Origin: a virus | Lineage: Duplodnaviria > Caudoviricetes | Strand: one strand, 5' to 3' | Virus record (IMG/VR): IMGVR_UViG_3300009154_000224 | Location: 1 to 26,729 of that record | Length of the DNA stretch: 26,729 nt | Program-made: the position numbers and the translations under genes | In this document: piece by piece, positions 7,468-17,119 of the stretch | Layout: every line of letters starts with the position of its first letter | Position numbering within the stretch: the stretch's first letter is position 1 | Notes under the pieces: generated by a model | Seen by the model: the letters and a program-made list of their open reading frames with translations, nothing else | Database searches by the model: none | Told to the model about the DNA's origin: nothing

Positions 7468-8001
7468 TTAAACTGCGGCAGTAAGAACCTTTTGTGACAT
7501 TGACAAACCTTTTTCATTTACTTCTTTGACACGACGTTCCCAACCTTTGCCAAAAGTGTTCCAAGTTGGAAGTTCTTTTAAGTAAGACAAACGAAAAGCA
7601 CAGTAGTCATTGACAAGTTGTTTTGTGTCTTTAGTTTTTATTGCAGCTAAAGTTTTAGGGCCAATACTGCCATCAGGTGTTACACCAACACAAGACTGCA
7701 ACCATTTGGCGGCGCGGCCTGGGCCTGAATTGATTGCTGCATCAAACACAACATAATCAATACCCATAGGCATATCATCGCAACAAACTTTGTCCCAGTA
7801 TTTAGTCTTGTATAAAGGCATGACATCAATAACTGTCAAACCTCGCATAGTTTTTTCATCAACAGGCTTGCCGCAATATTCTTCCCATGTTGCTTTGGTG
7901 CAACCAAGGTTAGTCATGCCACCTGGGTCTTTTGGATTGTTTACAAATCCTCCCTCATGGACGAGGACGGCTTGCAAAGATTCAATGTAGTTTGCTCTCA
8001 T
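7468..8001 (-). CDS. Endolysin, glycoside hydrolase family 108 with C-terminal peptidoglycan-binding region
   Basis: HEGGFVNNPKDPGGMTNLG, FDAAINSG, DGSIGPKT and FGKGWERR. Start moved to ATG 8001. Confidence 0.92.
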   Translation of the reverse strand: MRANYIESLQAVLVHEGGFVNNPKDPGGMTNLGCTKATWEEYCGKPVDEKTMRGLTVIDVMPLYKTKYWDKVCCDDMPMGIDYVVFDAAINSGPGRAAKWLQSCVGVTPDGSIGPKTLAAIKTKDTKQLVNDYCAFRLSYLKELPTWNTFGKGWERRVKEVNEKGLSMSQKVLTAAV

Positions 8002-8002
8002 G

Positions 8003-8464
8003 TTAGTGCTTGTGTGAGTTACCAAAATAATAAGACAGGATTAGCATGTTAGCAGCATCAAGGCTACCAAGCATACGAATTACAATTTCTCTCATAGCAT
8101 CAGGAATATTGTTGTTAAGCAACAAAATATTAACTGTTGCCCAAAGAATAAAAACACCCAACGCTAATGCAGGCGTAACCATTTTGCTGTACCAAGGAGC
8201 ATTGTTACTAGTAGCAATTGCTAGCTCACGATTACGAGCATTGTCACGATCTGCGGAGTCTAACTTAGCGTACTCTAATTCCAAGTCAGCTAATTTTTGA
8301 GCTGCTTGTGGATCACCAGCAATAGCTTTAGCTACTGCCTCGACGCTATCAGTAACTCCAAACTTGCCAGCAATAGCAGTAATAGCAGCACCACCAAGAG
8401 GCCCGGCAACAATGGTAGCCAAAGTAGGCGCAGCATTTTTGATGAGAGAAAGAAGTTCATCCAT
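8003..8464 (-). CDS. Putative holin (GTA 3TM-holin-like)
   Basis: APTLATIVAGPLGG N-terminus, DRDNARNRE, two C-terminal hydrophobic segments ending YYFG; adjacent to the lysin. Confidence 0.7.
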   Translation of the reverse strand: MDELLSLIKNAAPTLATIVAGPLGGAAITAIAGKFGVTDSVEAVAKAIAGDPQAAQKLADLELEYAKLDSADRDNARNRELAIATSNNAPWYSKMVTPALALGVFILWATVNILLLNNNIPDAMREIVIRMLGSLDAANMLILSYYFGNSHKH

Positions 8465-8465
8465 T

Positions 8466-8957
8466 TTAAATCCTCATTTTGTAACTAACAAATTCAATAG
8501 TACCCCAACAAATCAAGCCACCAACTATACAACCAGCAAGACCATAAAATATTGTCTCTACCATCTCAGCCATTTTTTCACGCCTGTTCTTGGCGGCGGC
8601 TTCTGCCTTACGCTCTTCACGTTTGCGGTTAGCAATGATAAGGTTGTATTCAGCTTGAATGGCTTCCCACACATCACCTTGGCCTGAGTAGATTAACTGT
8701 TCTTTAAGTTTCTTTTCAGCATCACGCAAAGCTTTAGCTTGCATAACAGTGTCTAGAGCTTGACCCATGTCTGACCGAGGTTGTTTCCCTTTGTCTTCTG
8801 TTGCAGCTTTGGCTACGGTGTCGCGCATCTCAAAAAACTTAATCAGATCACCGCTGCACTCTTGCAAGTCTTTACCCATTTGGATAGCTTCTTGAACACC
8901 AGCAATGGTGCTCTTAGCTAAAGCAAATGCAGCACTGATTGTAATTGGATCAATCAT
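8466..8957 (-). CDS. Hypothetical coiled-coil protein with C-terminal transmembrane helix
   Basis: Start moved to MIDPITI (8957), 1 nt after the upstream stop. C-terminal IFYGLAGCIVGGLICWG. Confidence 0.7.
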   Translation of the reverse strand: MIDPITISAAFALAKSTIAGVQEAIQMGKDLQECSGDLIKFFEMRDTVAKAATEDKGKQPRSDMGQALDTVMQAKALRDAEKKLKEQLIYSGQGDVWEAIQAEYNLIIANRKREERKAEAAAKNRREKMAEMVETIFYGLAGCIVGGLICWGTIEFVSYKMRI

Positions 8958-8958
8958 T

Positions 8959-9591
8959 TTATTCCAATAACAAAATATTGTTAGGTGTGTATTGGGTTGT
9001 AATCCAATTTGTACCGTCTGAAATAATGGTGCAAGTATCACCAGCAACAGCAGCAAGAATTGCTGTGCTAGCAGCACCACCTGTAATTGCAACTACGTTA
9101 TTAGTAGCAGACACAAGCGTTTGAGCTTGATAGTTTTGAAAATGTAGACTTCTTCCAGTATTACTAGATGCTCCGGGTAATGTTGCAACACAAGTTGACC
9201 CAGACTTGTTGTTAATAATCCAAACATCAGTAGAAGCAACAGTAAAGTCAGCGGTTTTAGTTACAGGAGCAAAGCTACTACTATAACCAACAGCAGTTAA
9301 AACACCACTAGAAAAAGAAAGCCCTGATCCAACAGTAGCATTGCTAAACGCACCAGCGTTGTTACCGTAAAGAAGAGATGCACCGTTAGTAAACGTAGGT
9401 TTGTCAACTACTAAAGTAACAAAATGTCCACTTAAATTAGATATGGAGCCACCAGTAATAGTGACATTGTTAGCGTCTTGAGAAGCTAAAGACCCATAAA
9501 CTCTATCACTAAGTCTTTGGAACCAATCTCTCCAGACAAAGCTTTCCTTAATCTCATCTCTGGGAATAGGTATAGTAGGTTTAATAGCCAT
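8959..9591 (-). CDS. Putative virion structural protein (tail needle/fibre-like)
   Basis: WRDWFQRL N-terminus, then S/T/G/N-rich beta-type sequence (SQDANNVTITGGSI...SDGTNW). Confidence 0.55.
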   Translation of the reverse strand: MAIKPTIPIPRDEIKESFVWRDWFQRLSDRVYGSLASQDANNVTITGGSISNLSGHFVTLVVDKPTFTNGASLLYGNNAGAFSNATVGSGLSFSSGVLTAVGYSSSFAPVTKTADFTVASTDVWIINNKSGSTCVATLPGASSNTGRSLHFQNYQAQTLVSATNNVVAITGGAASTAILAAVAGDTCTIISDGTNWITTQYTPNNILLLE

Positions 9592-9593
9592 GA

Positions 9594-10925
9594 TTAACAA
9601 TACTTAACGTCTTTGCAATAGCCGTTCTTCTTAAGATTAGGCAACATACTTTCTAACTTTTTACCAATGTCATCTCGAATCATTGGAGAGTTAATCATGC
9701 ACACTTTCTTTTTGAAAGTACCGTAGCAGGCTTCACGAGCATCTTCTACAGTCTTGCCAACACCAGAGACAGTTAACACATAGCTGCCACAAGTAACCAA
9801 AGAAGGCTCAGTGTTCTTACCGTCTTTACCAGGAGCGTAACCCATCTTTACTTCAGACAAATGAATGTTCTTAGTAGCATCTTCCATAGTCAAGTCAAAG
9901 ATAGGATACCCTGTGTTTTCTTTCTTTTTAACGTTGCTATATGGATAATCAGGTTGAGACACAACAATGCCGCAGGCAATGTCTTCGCGTACTTTCAATG
10001 TGTCTTTACCGTTGATTGAATCAAGCATCCATTGAACAGGATCACCAAGATGCAGAGCTTGTTGAATCTGAAACAAAGGCCAACCAGGACGAGTAGTAAA
10101 CTCTAAAGGCCAAGGCATACCCTTGTCATCAATGATGCAGTTGACATCAATGTAGCCTGTGTAACCAATGCCATGCAAGAAATCTTCAAGAGGTTTAAGA
10201 ACTTTGTCAGCTAACAAACTCTTTTGTGTGTAACGCAGAATAGTGCCTTGCTCACCAGTAGCAGGGCCATAGTCCCCAGACATTAACTTTTTAAATTCCC
10301 AGTTCTCAAGGAAGTGTTTGGAGAATCCACCAAGACCAAACCAACCACCAACAGCCATCTCAGAACCTTCGTGGAACTCTTGCAGAACAAACTCACCATC
10401 ATAGGCGTTGCTTTTCTTCCACTTGTTTAGCATGAACACCATGTCACGCCAGTCTTTAGAGCAGTAACTTAAAGCTTTGTCACCATCACCAACAGGTTTA
10501 GACACATAGCGTTTGTTCTTGTTAGTAAGCACAAGAGCAATAGCATCATCGTACTTCTTAAACTTTTGCATAGGAATAGTTGGGATACCAGCACGTTCAA
10601 ACATAGCAGAACCATACTCACGATCTTGTTCCCAACGAGCACCCTCTACGTTACACCCATAGATAGGATAACCTTTAAGACGGTACTTTTCTATTTGTTT
10701 AATGTAACGGCTGTTATCAGTAACAAAGATAAGGTCAGCCCAATCCATGCTGCTTTCCCAATCAACAACCTTTTTAAAACAATCCATGCCATCGCCGTTT
10801 TCACAGCGAGTGCCATCAAAGTTGTTACGCATATACACACGGACAGCATGACCGTGGTTAGCAGACTTAATAGCCAAGTCCAATGCAAACCCACAGTCAA
10901 ACTGGTCGATGATTAAGAGGTTCAT
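9594..10925 (-). CDS. Divergent PurD (phosphoribosylamine-glycine ligase)-like ATP-grasp enzyme
   Basis: AGIPT, YVSKP, VLQEFHEGSE, KKLMSGDYGPATGEQG and PLEFTTRPGWP align with the PurD ATP-grasp motifs. Start moved to ATG 10925 (ATGA overlap). Confidence 0.85.
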   Translation of the reverse strand: MNLLIIDQFDCGFALDLAIKSANHGHAVRVYMRNNFDGTRCENGDGMDCFKKVVDWESSMDWADLIFVTDNSRYIKQIEKYRLKGYPIYGCNVEGARWEQDREYGSAMFERAGIPTIPMQKFKKYDDAIALVLTNKNKRYVSKPVGDGDKALSYCSKDWRDMVFMLNKWKKSNAYDGEFVLQEFHEGSEMAVGGWFGLGGFSKHFLENWEFKKLMSGDYGPATGEQGTILRYTQKSLLADKVLKPLEDFLHGIGYTGYIDVNCIIDDKGMPWPLEFTTRPGWPLFQIQQALHLGDPVQWMLDSINGKDTLKVREDIACGIVVSQPDYPYSNVKKKENTGYPIFDLTMEDATKNIHLSEVKMGYAPGKDGKNTEPSLVTCGSYVLTVSGVGKTVEDAREACYGTFKKKVCMINSPMIRDDIGKKLESMLPNLKKNGYCKDVKYC

Positions 10926-13900
10926 TTTTCCCAACCTTTTTCTTTAGCTTTTATGTGGTAGTCTTTAGCAGCTTTTTTGAGAAGTTTTTCTCGTTCAGCT
11001 CTAGCAGCTTTCTTTTGTTCAGGAGTAGAACCGTAAATAGGAAAGCCCATAGTACCTAAAATAGCACGTTTAGCACCTTCTCCGGGAGGAGCATCTCTAC
11101 TAGCAGCTACTTGAAATGGAACAACTGTACCTGCAACAGCTTTGAGTCTACCAGTAGCACTAGGATCAACCAACTTTTGTGCTTGTGGAGATGCGTACTC
11201 AGTACCCGCAACACCAATGATAAGAGCTTTAGGAATAAAACCAAGCTTATTAGCAAACGTTTTATCAGCATCCATAATCCAGTGGTACGGTTCCATAGCG
11301 TGTTTCATAGCTTGCATAGACGTACCATCAGGCCATTCAATGCGAGTTGGGTCTTTGTTTTCCCAGATAGGACGAGAAGCAGTCATTAAGTTAATGGCGT
11401 TTAACAAAGTGAAGTAAGTCAGAGCAGTTTTAAACTGATACATCCTAGCGTAATCAGATTTAGTTGCAGGACTTGCCATACCTTTAACACCAGCAGCTAC
11501 ATCTAAACTTTTAGGGATAGCAGCAGTAAACGCACGTAAAGTTGAAAGTGTCCAATCAGGAGCAAACAAAGCTACTTGCAAACCTCTGCGACCAGCAGGA
11601 CTATAAGCAGCCATAGCAATACGTTTAGCAAATTCATTCTGTGTTTGTGTAGCAGCATCAAACCAATTTAAACCACCAAAGCTGTCGTTAACAAACTTAG
11701 AAATTTCTTTACGACTAGTGGCTTCGTCAAATGGTTTTCCTTCTTTAGCAGCAGTCATACGTGCTTTATCTAAGTACGCATCAGCAACCATAATCTTGCC
11801 ACCAGTATGCAAGAAATTCCAAGTGTAGTTGTCAAACAAACCCAGTGTGTATTTCTCAACAGTAGACATTGCTGATTCAAGTACACGAGTTTTAGGGCCG
11901 TACTTACCAATCATAGAGTCAGCAAACTTACCTGTAGCAGACAAAATACCAGCAGACACATCTTCAGGCATTTCTAATTGAAGACCACCTTCTTTAATCC
12001 ACATATCTACGTTGTCACCAACACCACCATTTTTAAATTGCTCAACAGCTTTAGAGATAGCAGACAGTTGCAAGTCTTTGCCAGTAGTAGCTTTGATACC
12101 TTTTTCAATAAGAGGCAACACAATAGCTTCTTTGATAGGAGTCCACAAAGGAATCTGCGAACTAGACAACACTTCCATCAAAGACTTGGCGTGAAAGAAC
12201 GAACCAATAACGTTGATACGTTTAGTCAGTTGAGAGATAGCACCAAATGCTTTCATCAAGTCACCCGGGCCAGCATCAAAGACAAACTTTAAAGCAGGCA
12301 TCATGTCTGGGTGAACAGCGTAGCCAGCAAACTGGGGGCTATCCATCATCTCCCAACCGTAAGGCATAGGGTTGTCTTTGTTGACTTCTTTAATAAGAGT
12401 TTCACCAGCTACGTTACGAACTTGCTTAAGGTTATCCACAAGTTTTTTGTTCTCAATAGCCTTCTCCATTGATGTTGCATATTCTTTGTAGATTTCTGCA
12501 ATGTCTTTGGTCTTGATTTTAAGACGGAAGTCAGACTTACCAGCAGCGGCAATGCGGCTATTGGCTTCGTTAATAAACCACTCTAGGTCTGCAAAGGTTT
12601 TGAACTTACGTTCTTTACCAAATTTAGATTCGGTAGTCATCCCACGCATAGCAGGATCACGAGGAGCTGTTCCTAGTAACGTTTGAATAAACTCTTCACG
12701 AGCACCCTTGGGAGCACCAGCCCAATCAAGAATGTGGGTTACGTAGTCTTCAAGCAAGCCCTTAACAACGCCTGCCTTAACAGCACGATCACCAATGTCT
12801 TTAGCAAGAGCTTCGTATCTCTTAGCAACAACAACTTCATGTGGGCTAAGACCCGACAGATCACCACTGTCAATGGCAACAGCAATAGCTTCTCTACGAG
12901 CAGCATTAGGCACTGCTTCCATCATCTTATCCATTGTGTTGTGGATAATCCGATCATTAGCAAGCTTGTTCTTAATGTTTGTACCAACAAACTTTTCTGT
13001 CTCTTTGACAGGTTCTAACCAAGTTTGTTTGTACTCTTGGTAGCCCTCATAAAACTTAACAGCGTCAGTCTCTCCGTACTTCTCATAGATGTCCGTAGCA
13101 ATCTCTTTGAACTCTGCTTCGTCTTTAACATCACGAGGATCAGTTTTAGTTTTGTCAACAGGTAGCTCATCTGGTGAGCCTGCTGTCTTAGAAGGCGTGC
13201 TAGTAAGTACAAGATCAGGACGAGGAGTAAAATCTTTAGAGCGTTTAACCATAGAGATACCTTGGTCAAACACTTCGTCAAGAGCAGTACGAGCACCTTC
13301 AGGAATACCAAGTCCTTTACGAACAGTCTCCTTAAAAGCAGCCCACATGTTATTAGCAACACCTTTAGGTTGTTGACCAACCTCAATGCTACTTAACAGT
13401 TTTTGAAACTCTTTGTTGGTAAATGCTTCTGAAGCAAACTCATGTACGTCTTCAAAGCCGTAATACTCAACACCTGTCTTTGGATCAATTTCTTTGCCAT
13501 GAGTAGCTTTGTACTTGTCAAACAACTCCTGCATCTTGATAGCAGCAGTGCTACCTTTTTCTTCTAGCAGTCGTTGAGTACCAGCGTGCAAAGCTTCATG
13601 TAGGAACGTTTGCACATTCCCATCTTTGCCCATCTCTATAAGGTGTTCATCTCCACCTGTGTACACACCAAGAGCATCTTGTTTTTTAACACCAGCTTTG
13701 TCTACGTACTTAATAAAGTCTTTGGAGAAACCTAACCGAGCACTACGAATAAAGCTAGACTCATTGAGAGCCTTAACTAAGATACGTTGACCATAAGTCC
13801 CCATGCCTTTGGTTTCAAGAATGCGATCAAATGCTTCGCCAACATTCTTGACTCCCCACAAGTGATCTTGCAACTCTTCCCAAGTAGGAACTTGTGCATC

Positions 13901-15331
13901 TTTAAATTCAACAGCAGGAATGTCTTCGTGCAACTTAGCGTGTTCAGCTTCTAGCTTAGCAATCTCAGCATTGATCTTAGTAACACGTTGTTCGTTACCA
14001 GACTGAGCAGCTTTGTCTGCTTCTATTTCTAAGTTAAGACGAGTGTCTTCGTTCTTAGTAATAGCAGACTTAAAGTCTTCACGAGACTTAGGTGCAGTAG
14101 TTTCAACAGGAGGCTTAGCAACACCAGCAGGTTGCTCATCAGTAATCTCAAACCGTTTATCACCAGCTTTGCGTAGGTCACCACTGTGCAACCCAGGTTG
14201 TTCACCAGGAGGATTCTCAAGCACATGGTCTTTAGGAATCTGACCAGTGTTCTTAGCGTGCTCTACAGCTTGTTTACGAGTTAAGAACTGACCCCGTTCA
14301 GTAACAAAGCCTTGCTCATGCGTATCAGCAGTAGCTTCCTTACGAGCTTGGTCATGTTTTGGCCCCATGCGTTCAATGTTGCCAGTCTCTTTGTTCCTAA
14401 TAGCAGCTTCAACCAGAGGAGACTCAGCATCACGCTTAGCAACTTCAGCTTTGATAGTGTCAAGCCATGCTGCCTTTTCTTCTGGTGTAGCACCTTCTGG
14501 AGGTTTAAGAGGCACAGTACCGGTAGGAGTAGTAGCTTTGTTACGACCAGTTACAAGACTAGCTGCCTTTTCACCAATCTTAGTACCAATAGCAAATGGG
14601 ACTTTACCTGCTACGTTAAAGCCGGGCATAGCTGCACCAGCAATAGTAGAGGTAGCAACCTTCCAAGGTTCAACTGTGCCTGTCTCAGCGTACTCAGTAC
14701 CAGCTTCAATACCACCTTGCAGACCACCAGAAATAACACGTTGACCAGTAGGTGTAGATGCAAGACGAGCAATCTTGCCAGCATCTTTAGCAGCAGTAAC
14801 AGCAGTCTTAGGAGACATGCCAGCCATACCTACACCCAACTCAGTTAGGAATGTAGCTGCGGGAAACTCTTTCTTTTCTGCTTCACGTTGAGCATAGTCT
14901 TCAGGAGCAAACGTTTGGTGCATCATGTCCTGAAGCTTTTTAGCAGCTCCAGATGCAAGCATAGCTCCACCAAAGCCACCACCAAGTTCAATAGCTCCAG
15001 CAACAACGGGAGCAAAGGGGCCAGTGAGAGGGGCTACAGCAGCCGCTACAGGAGCAGCCGTAGCCATACCCGCACCAAAGCCAGCTAGACCAGCACCCGT
15101 AGGTACAACAGATTCTGTTGCAGTACGACCAATGTGTTTAGCAAGTCTACTAGTAGGGTCTTGGTCTGCACCTGCTTTAGGGTACACACCAAATGCAGCA
15201 CCACCTTTACCTTCTACAGCAGGAATAGTTGATGTAGCAGGCTTAGAAATAGTTTCCCAACCCTTGTCTTCTGTAGCAGGCGCAGCTTTGCTACTAGGAA
15301 CAATTGTTTCCCACCCAGATTCTGTAGCCAT
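10922..15331 (-). CDS. Large internal virion / DNA-ejection protein with HExxH metallopeptidase-like domain
   Basis: 1469 aa; Gly/Ala hydrophobic N-terminal region; FLHEALHA...HEFASEA; position as the third ejection gene. Confidence 0.7.
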   Translation of the reverse strand: MATESGWETIVPSSKAAPATEDKGWETISKPATSTIPAVEGKGGAAFGVYPKAGADQDPTSRLAKHIGRTATESVVPTGAGLAGFGAGMATAAPVAAAVAPLTGPFAPVVAGAIELGGGFGGAMLASGAAKKLQDMMHQTFAPEDYAQREAEKKEFPAATFLTELGVGMAGMSPKTAVTAAKDAGKIARLASTPTGQRVISGGLQGGIEAGTEYAETGTVEPWKVATSTIAGAAMPGFNVAGKVPFAIGTKIGEKAASLVTGRNKATTPTGTVPLKPPEGATPEEKAAWLDTIKAEVAKRDAESPLVEAAIRNKETGNIERMGPKHDQARKEATADTHEQGFVTERGQFLTRKQAVEHAKNTGQIPKDHVLENPPGEQPGLHSGDLRKAGDKRFEITDEQPAGVAKPPVETTAPKSREDFKSAITKNEDTRLNLEIEADKAAQSGNEQRVTKINAEIAKLEAEHAKLHEDIPAVEFKDAQVPTWEELQDHLWGVKNVGEAFDRILETKGMGTYGQRILVKALNESSFIRSARLGFSKDFIKYVDKAGVKKQDALGVYTGGDEHLIEMGKDGNVQTFLHEALHAGTQRLLEEKGSTAAIKMQELFDKYKATHGKEIDPKTGVEYYGFEDVHEFASEAFTNKEFQKLLSSIEVGQQPKGVANNMWAAFKETVRKGLGIPEGARTALDEVFDQGISMVKRSKDFTPRPDLVLTSTPSKTAGSPDELPVDKTKTDPRDVKDEAEFKEIATDIYEKYGETDAVKFYEGYQEYKQTWLEPVKETEKFVGTNIKNKLANDRIIHNTMDKMMEAVPNAARREAIAVAIDSGDLSGLSPHEVVVAKRYEALAKDIGDRAVKAGVVKGLLEDYVTHILDWAGAPKGAREEFIQTLLGTAPRDPAMRGMTTESKFGKERKFKTFADLEWFINEANSRIAAAGKSDFRLKIKTKDIAEIYKEYATSMEKAIENKKLVDNLKQVRNVAGETLIKEVNKDNPMPYGWEMMDSPQFAGYAVHPDMMPALKFVFDAGPGDLMKAFGAISQLTKRINVIGSFFHAKSLMEVLSSSQIPLWTPIKEAIVLPLIEKGIKATTGKDLQLSAISKAVEQFKNGGVGDNVDMWIKEGGLQLEMPEDVSAGILSATGKFADSMIGKYGPKTRVLESAMSTVEKYTLGLFDNYTWNFLHTGGKIMVADAYLDKARMTAAKEGKPFDEATSRKEISKFVNDSFGGLNWFDAATQTQNEFAKRIAMAAYSPAGRRGLQVALFAPDWTLSTLRAFTAAIPKSLDVAAGVKGMASPATKSDYARMYQFKTALTYFTLLNAINLMTASRPIWENKDPTRIEWPDGTSMQAMKHAMEPYHWIMDADKTFANKLGFIPKALIIGVAGTEYASPQAQKLVDPSATGRLKAVAGTVVPFQVAASRDAPPGEGAKRAILGTMGFPIYGSTPEQKKAARAEREKLLKKAAKDYHIKAKEKGWEK

Positions 15332-15333
15332 GA

Positions 15334-16524
15334 TTACTTAGCCTTACGTTGAATAGAACCATCAGGTGCTACCCGATAATCGTATTTAGTTGGTTCGTAC
15401 TTTTGACCGCTAGCTTCTACTTTACCTTGAAGACCAGTGTCAGTTTTAGCAACAGTAGGTTTAACTACAGGTTTATCCACAGGCTTGTCTTCAACATTAA
15501 TTGGAGTAACACCACCAAACAGCTCAAGCTCACGCTTAAGGTTGTCAATCACAATGCTTTTACCTGGAAAGTCTGGAGCACTAGTAGCAAGGTTAATTTC
15601 TTTTTGTATCTGACTTTGTTTAAACTCATCACGAGCTTTAACAGCAGCTTCAAGTGCTTTTGTTTCAGCACCTTTAAAAAAAGTAGTTTTGTCTAAAGTG
15701 TCTTGAGCATCGCTAACACGTTTGTCTAAACCATCAAGAGTTTTTTTACCAGACTTTTCAATAGCTTCTTGAGCTTTAGTGTACAGATTCCAATCTCGCA
15801 TATCACGATCAGTGCCACCAGTTAGCTTACGAGCCAGAGCACCATCTTGTCGAATACGCTCAATGCGTTCACGAGACTCTTGAATAACCTTTTGTTTTTC
15901 AATTTCAATCTGTTTAAGTTGAGCAGCCATTTGACCTTTAGCGTTTAGCATAAGGTTTTTAGCAGCCTCTTTCTTTTCACCACCAGACATCTTGTTCCAA
16001 TTGGTTTCACCAATTTGGGATACGAGAGCTTTTTTACTTGTTTCTGGCAAACGGTCTACAAACTCTTGCACCTTGTCATCAGGTACAGCAGAAATAACTC
16101 CGTAAGCATTGCCTACTTCTTGAGCTTGTTGATCTAAGTTCTTTTGTTTAATAGCTACTTGTCGAGTGTCATACAACTCAGCAGCAGTTAAAGTTTTAGC
16201 ACCGTTTTCTATATCGCCATTTTGAAACTGTACAGCAGCAGACAACCGTAACTTTTCAGCATCATCAGCAGCTTTAAACTCAAGAGTGCCTGCTAGTTGT
16301 TGCAGTTTAGCTTTAGATTCTTTTGAAGCTTGGAACCCAGTATCAGCAACAAGATTAGCCAACTTAGTTTTTTCTAAGTTAGCTTGTTCTTGTTGAATAG
16401 CAAGCCCTTGAGCTTGCATTTTGTTGGCTTCAACCTGTTGCACATTAGGTGCAGCAGCCATTGTTTGTTGCAATTGCAACGCTGCTTGTCCACCAGCAGC
16501 CGCATCAGTCATTAACAAAGCCAT
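15334..16524 (-). CDS. Putative DNA-ejection (internal virion) protein
   Basis: 396 aa, Q/A/K-rich helical sequence; position equivalent to P22 gp20. Confidence 0.6.
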   Translation of the reverse strand: MALLMTDAAAGGQAALQLQQTMAAAPNVQQVEANKMQAQGLAIQQEQANLEKTKLANLVADTGFQASKESKAKLQQLAGTLEFKAADDAEKLRLSAAVQFQNGDIENGAKTLTAAELYDTRQVAIKQKNLDQQAQEVGNAYGVISAVPDDKVQEFVDRLPETSKKALVSQIGETNWNKMSGGEKKEAAKNLMLNAKGQMAAQLKQIEIEKQKVIQESRERIERIRQDGALARKLTGGTDRDMRDWNLYTKAQEAIEKSGKKTLDGLDKRVSDAQDTLDKTTFFKGAETKALEAAVKARDEFKQSQIQKEINLATSAPDFPGKSIVIDNLKRELELFGGVTPINVEDKPVDKPVVKPTVAKTDTGLQGKVEASGQKYEPTKYDYRVAPDGSIQRKAK

Positions 16525-16533
16525 GATTGATCC

Positions 16534-17118
16534 TTAATAACCACTAACAAGCGCATATTGCTCTTGAGTCATATTAGTAGGTTGTGGCGAGCCACCAAAT
16601 TGACCTTGCAAACCAGAGACAGTAGTACCCAAAGCACCAAGACCTTGCATAAAGCCTTGTTGGTTTGCACCAGTTTGACCTAGACCCATACCAGCAGCAG
16701 TAGCAGGATTGTTAACTGCACCAGAACCTTGAGCAAGACGATTAAGATAATCAGTCATAAAGCCGTAGTAACCTTGTTGACCTTGCTTTTCAAGTGCAGC
16801 AGATTCACCACCAGAGTAGAGTTGTCCAGTACTAGCAGCAGCTCTTTGAGATGCTTGCATAGCAGGTTGCATAACACCAGTATTAAACTGTGTAAACCCA
16901 GGCATAGCTTCAATGTTACTAGGAGCACCCGGCTGTAAAGCACCGCTATACATCTCACCTAGCTTGCTACGATATTGAGAGAATGGGTCAGCCATCTGTT
17001 GTGCTTGAGCACCAGTAGGAGAACTTTCTCCACCAAACATTTTGCTAACACCACCGCCTGTAAGGGCGTTAACTCCACTAGCAATGCCTACTACTGAAGC
17101 AACAGTTCCAAATGTCAT
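16534..17118 (-). CDS. Putative DNA transfer protein (P22 gp7-like)
   Basis: G/A/Q-rich, hydrophobic N-terminus, DPFSQY, MPGFTQF, AAASTGQLYSG. Start moved to ATG 17118. Confidence 0.65.
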   Translation of the reverse strand: MTFGTVASVVGIASGVNALTGGGVSKMFGGESSPTGAQAQQMADPFSQYRSKLGEMYSGALQPGAPSNIEAMPGFTQFNTGVMQPAMQASQRAAASTGQLYSGGESAALEKQGQQGYYGFMTDYLNRLAQGSGAVNNPATAAGMGLGQTGANQQGFMQGLGALGTTVSGLQGQFGGSPQPTNMTQEQYALVSGY

Positions 17119-17119
17119 T

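Noticed and set aside
7444-7500. GTGACAT direct repeat (7444-7450, 7494-7500) and a possible - strand promoter for the phosphoesterase
   Set aside because: Only 7 bp, one copy lies inside the lysin CDS, and the -35 match is poor.
9594-10925. Calling the gene purD, an auxiliary purine-synthesis gene
   Set aside because: The PurD substrate-binding motifs are missing or altered and there is no pur context, so the symbol is withheld.
10566-16938. Many + strand ORFs antisense to the large structural genes (e.g. 14312-14848, 14367-14744)
   Set aside because: Shadow ORFs of biased codon usage (Ser-rich, no motifs or RBS), fully overlapped by better-supported genes.
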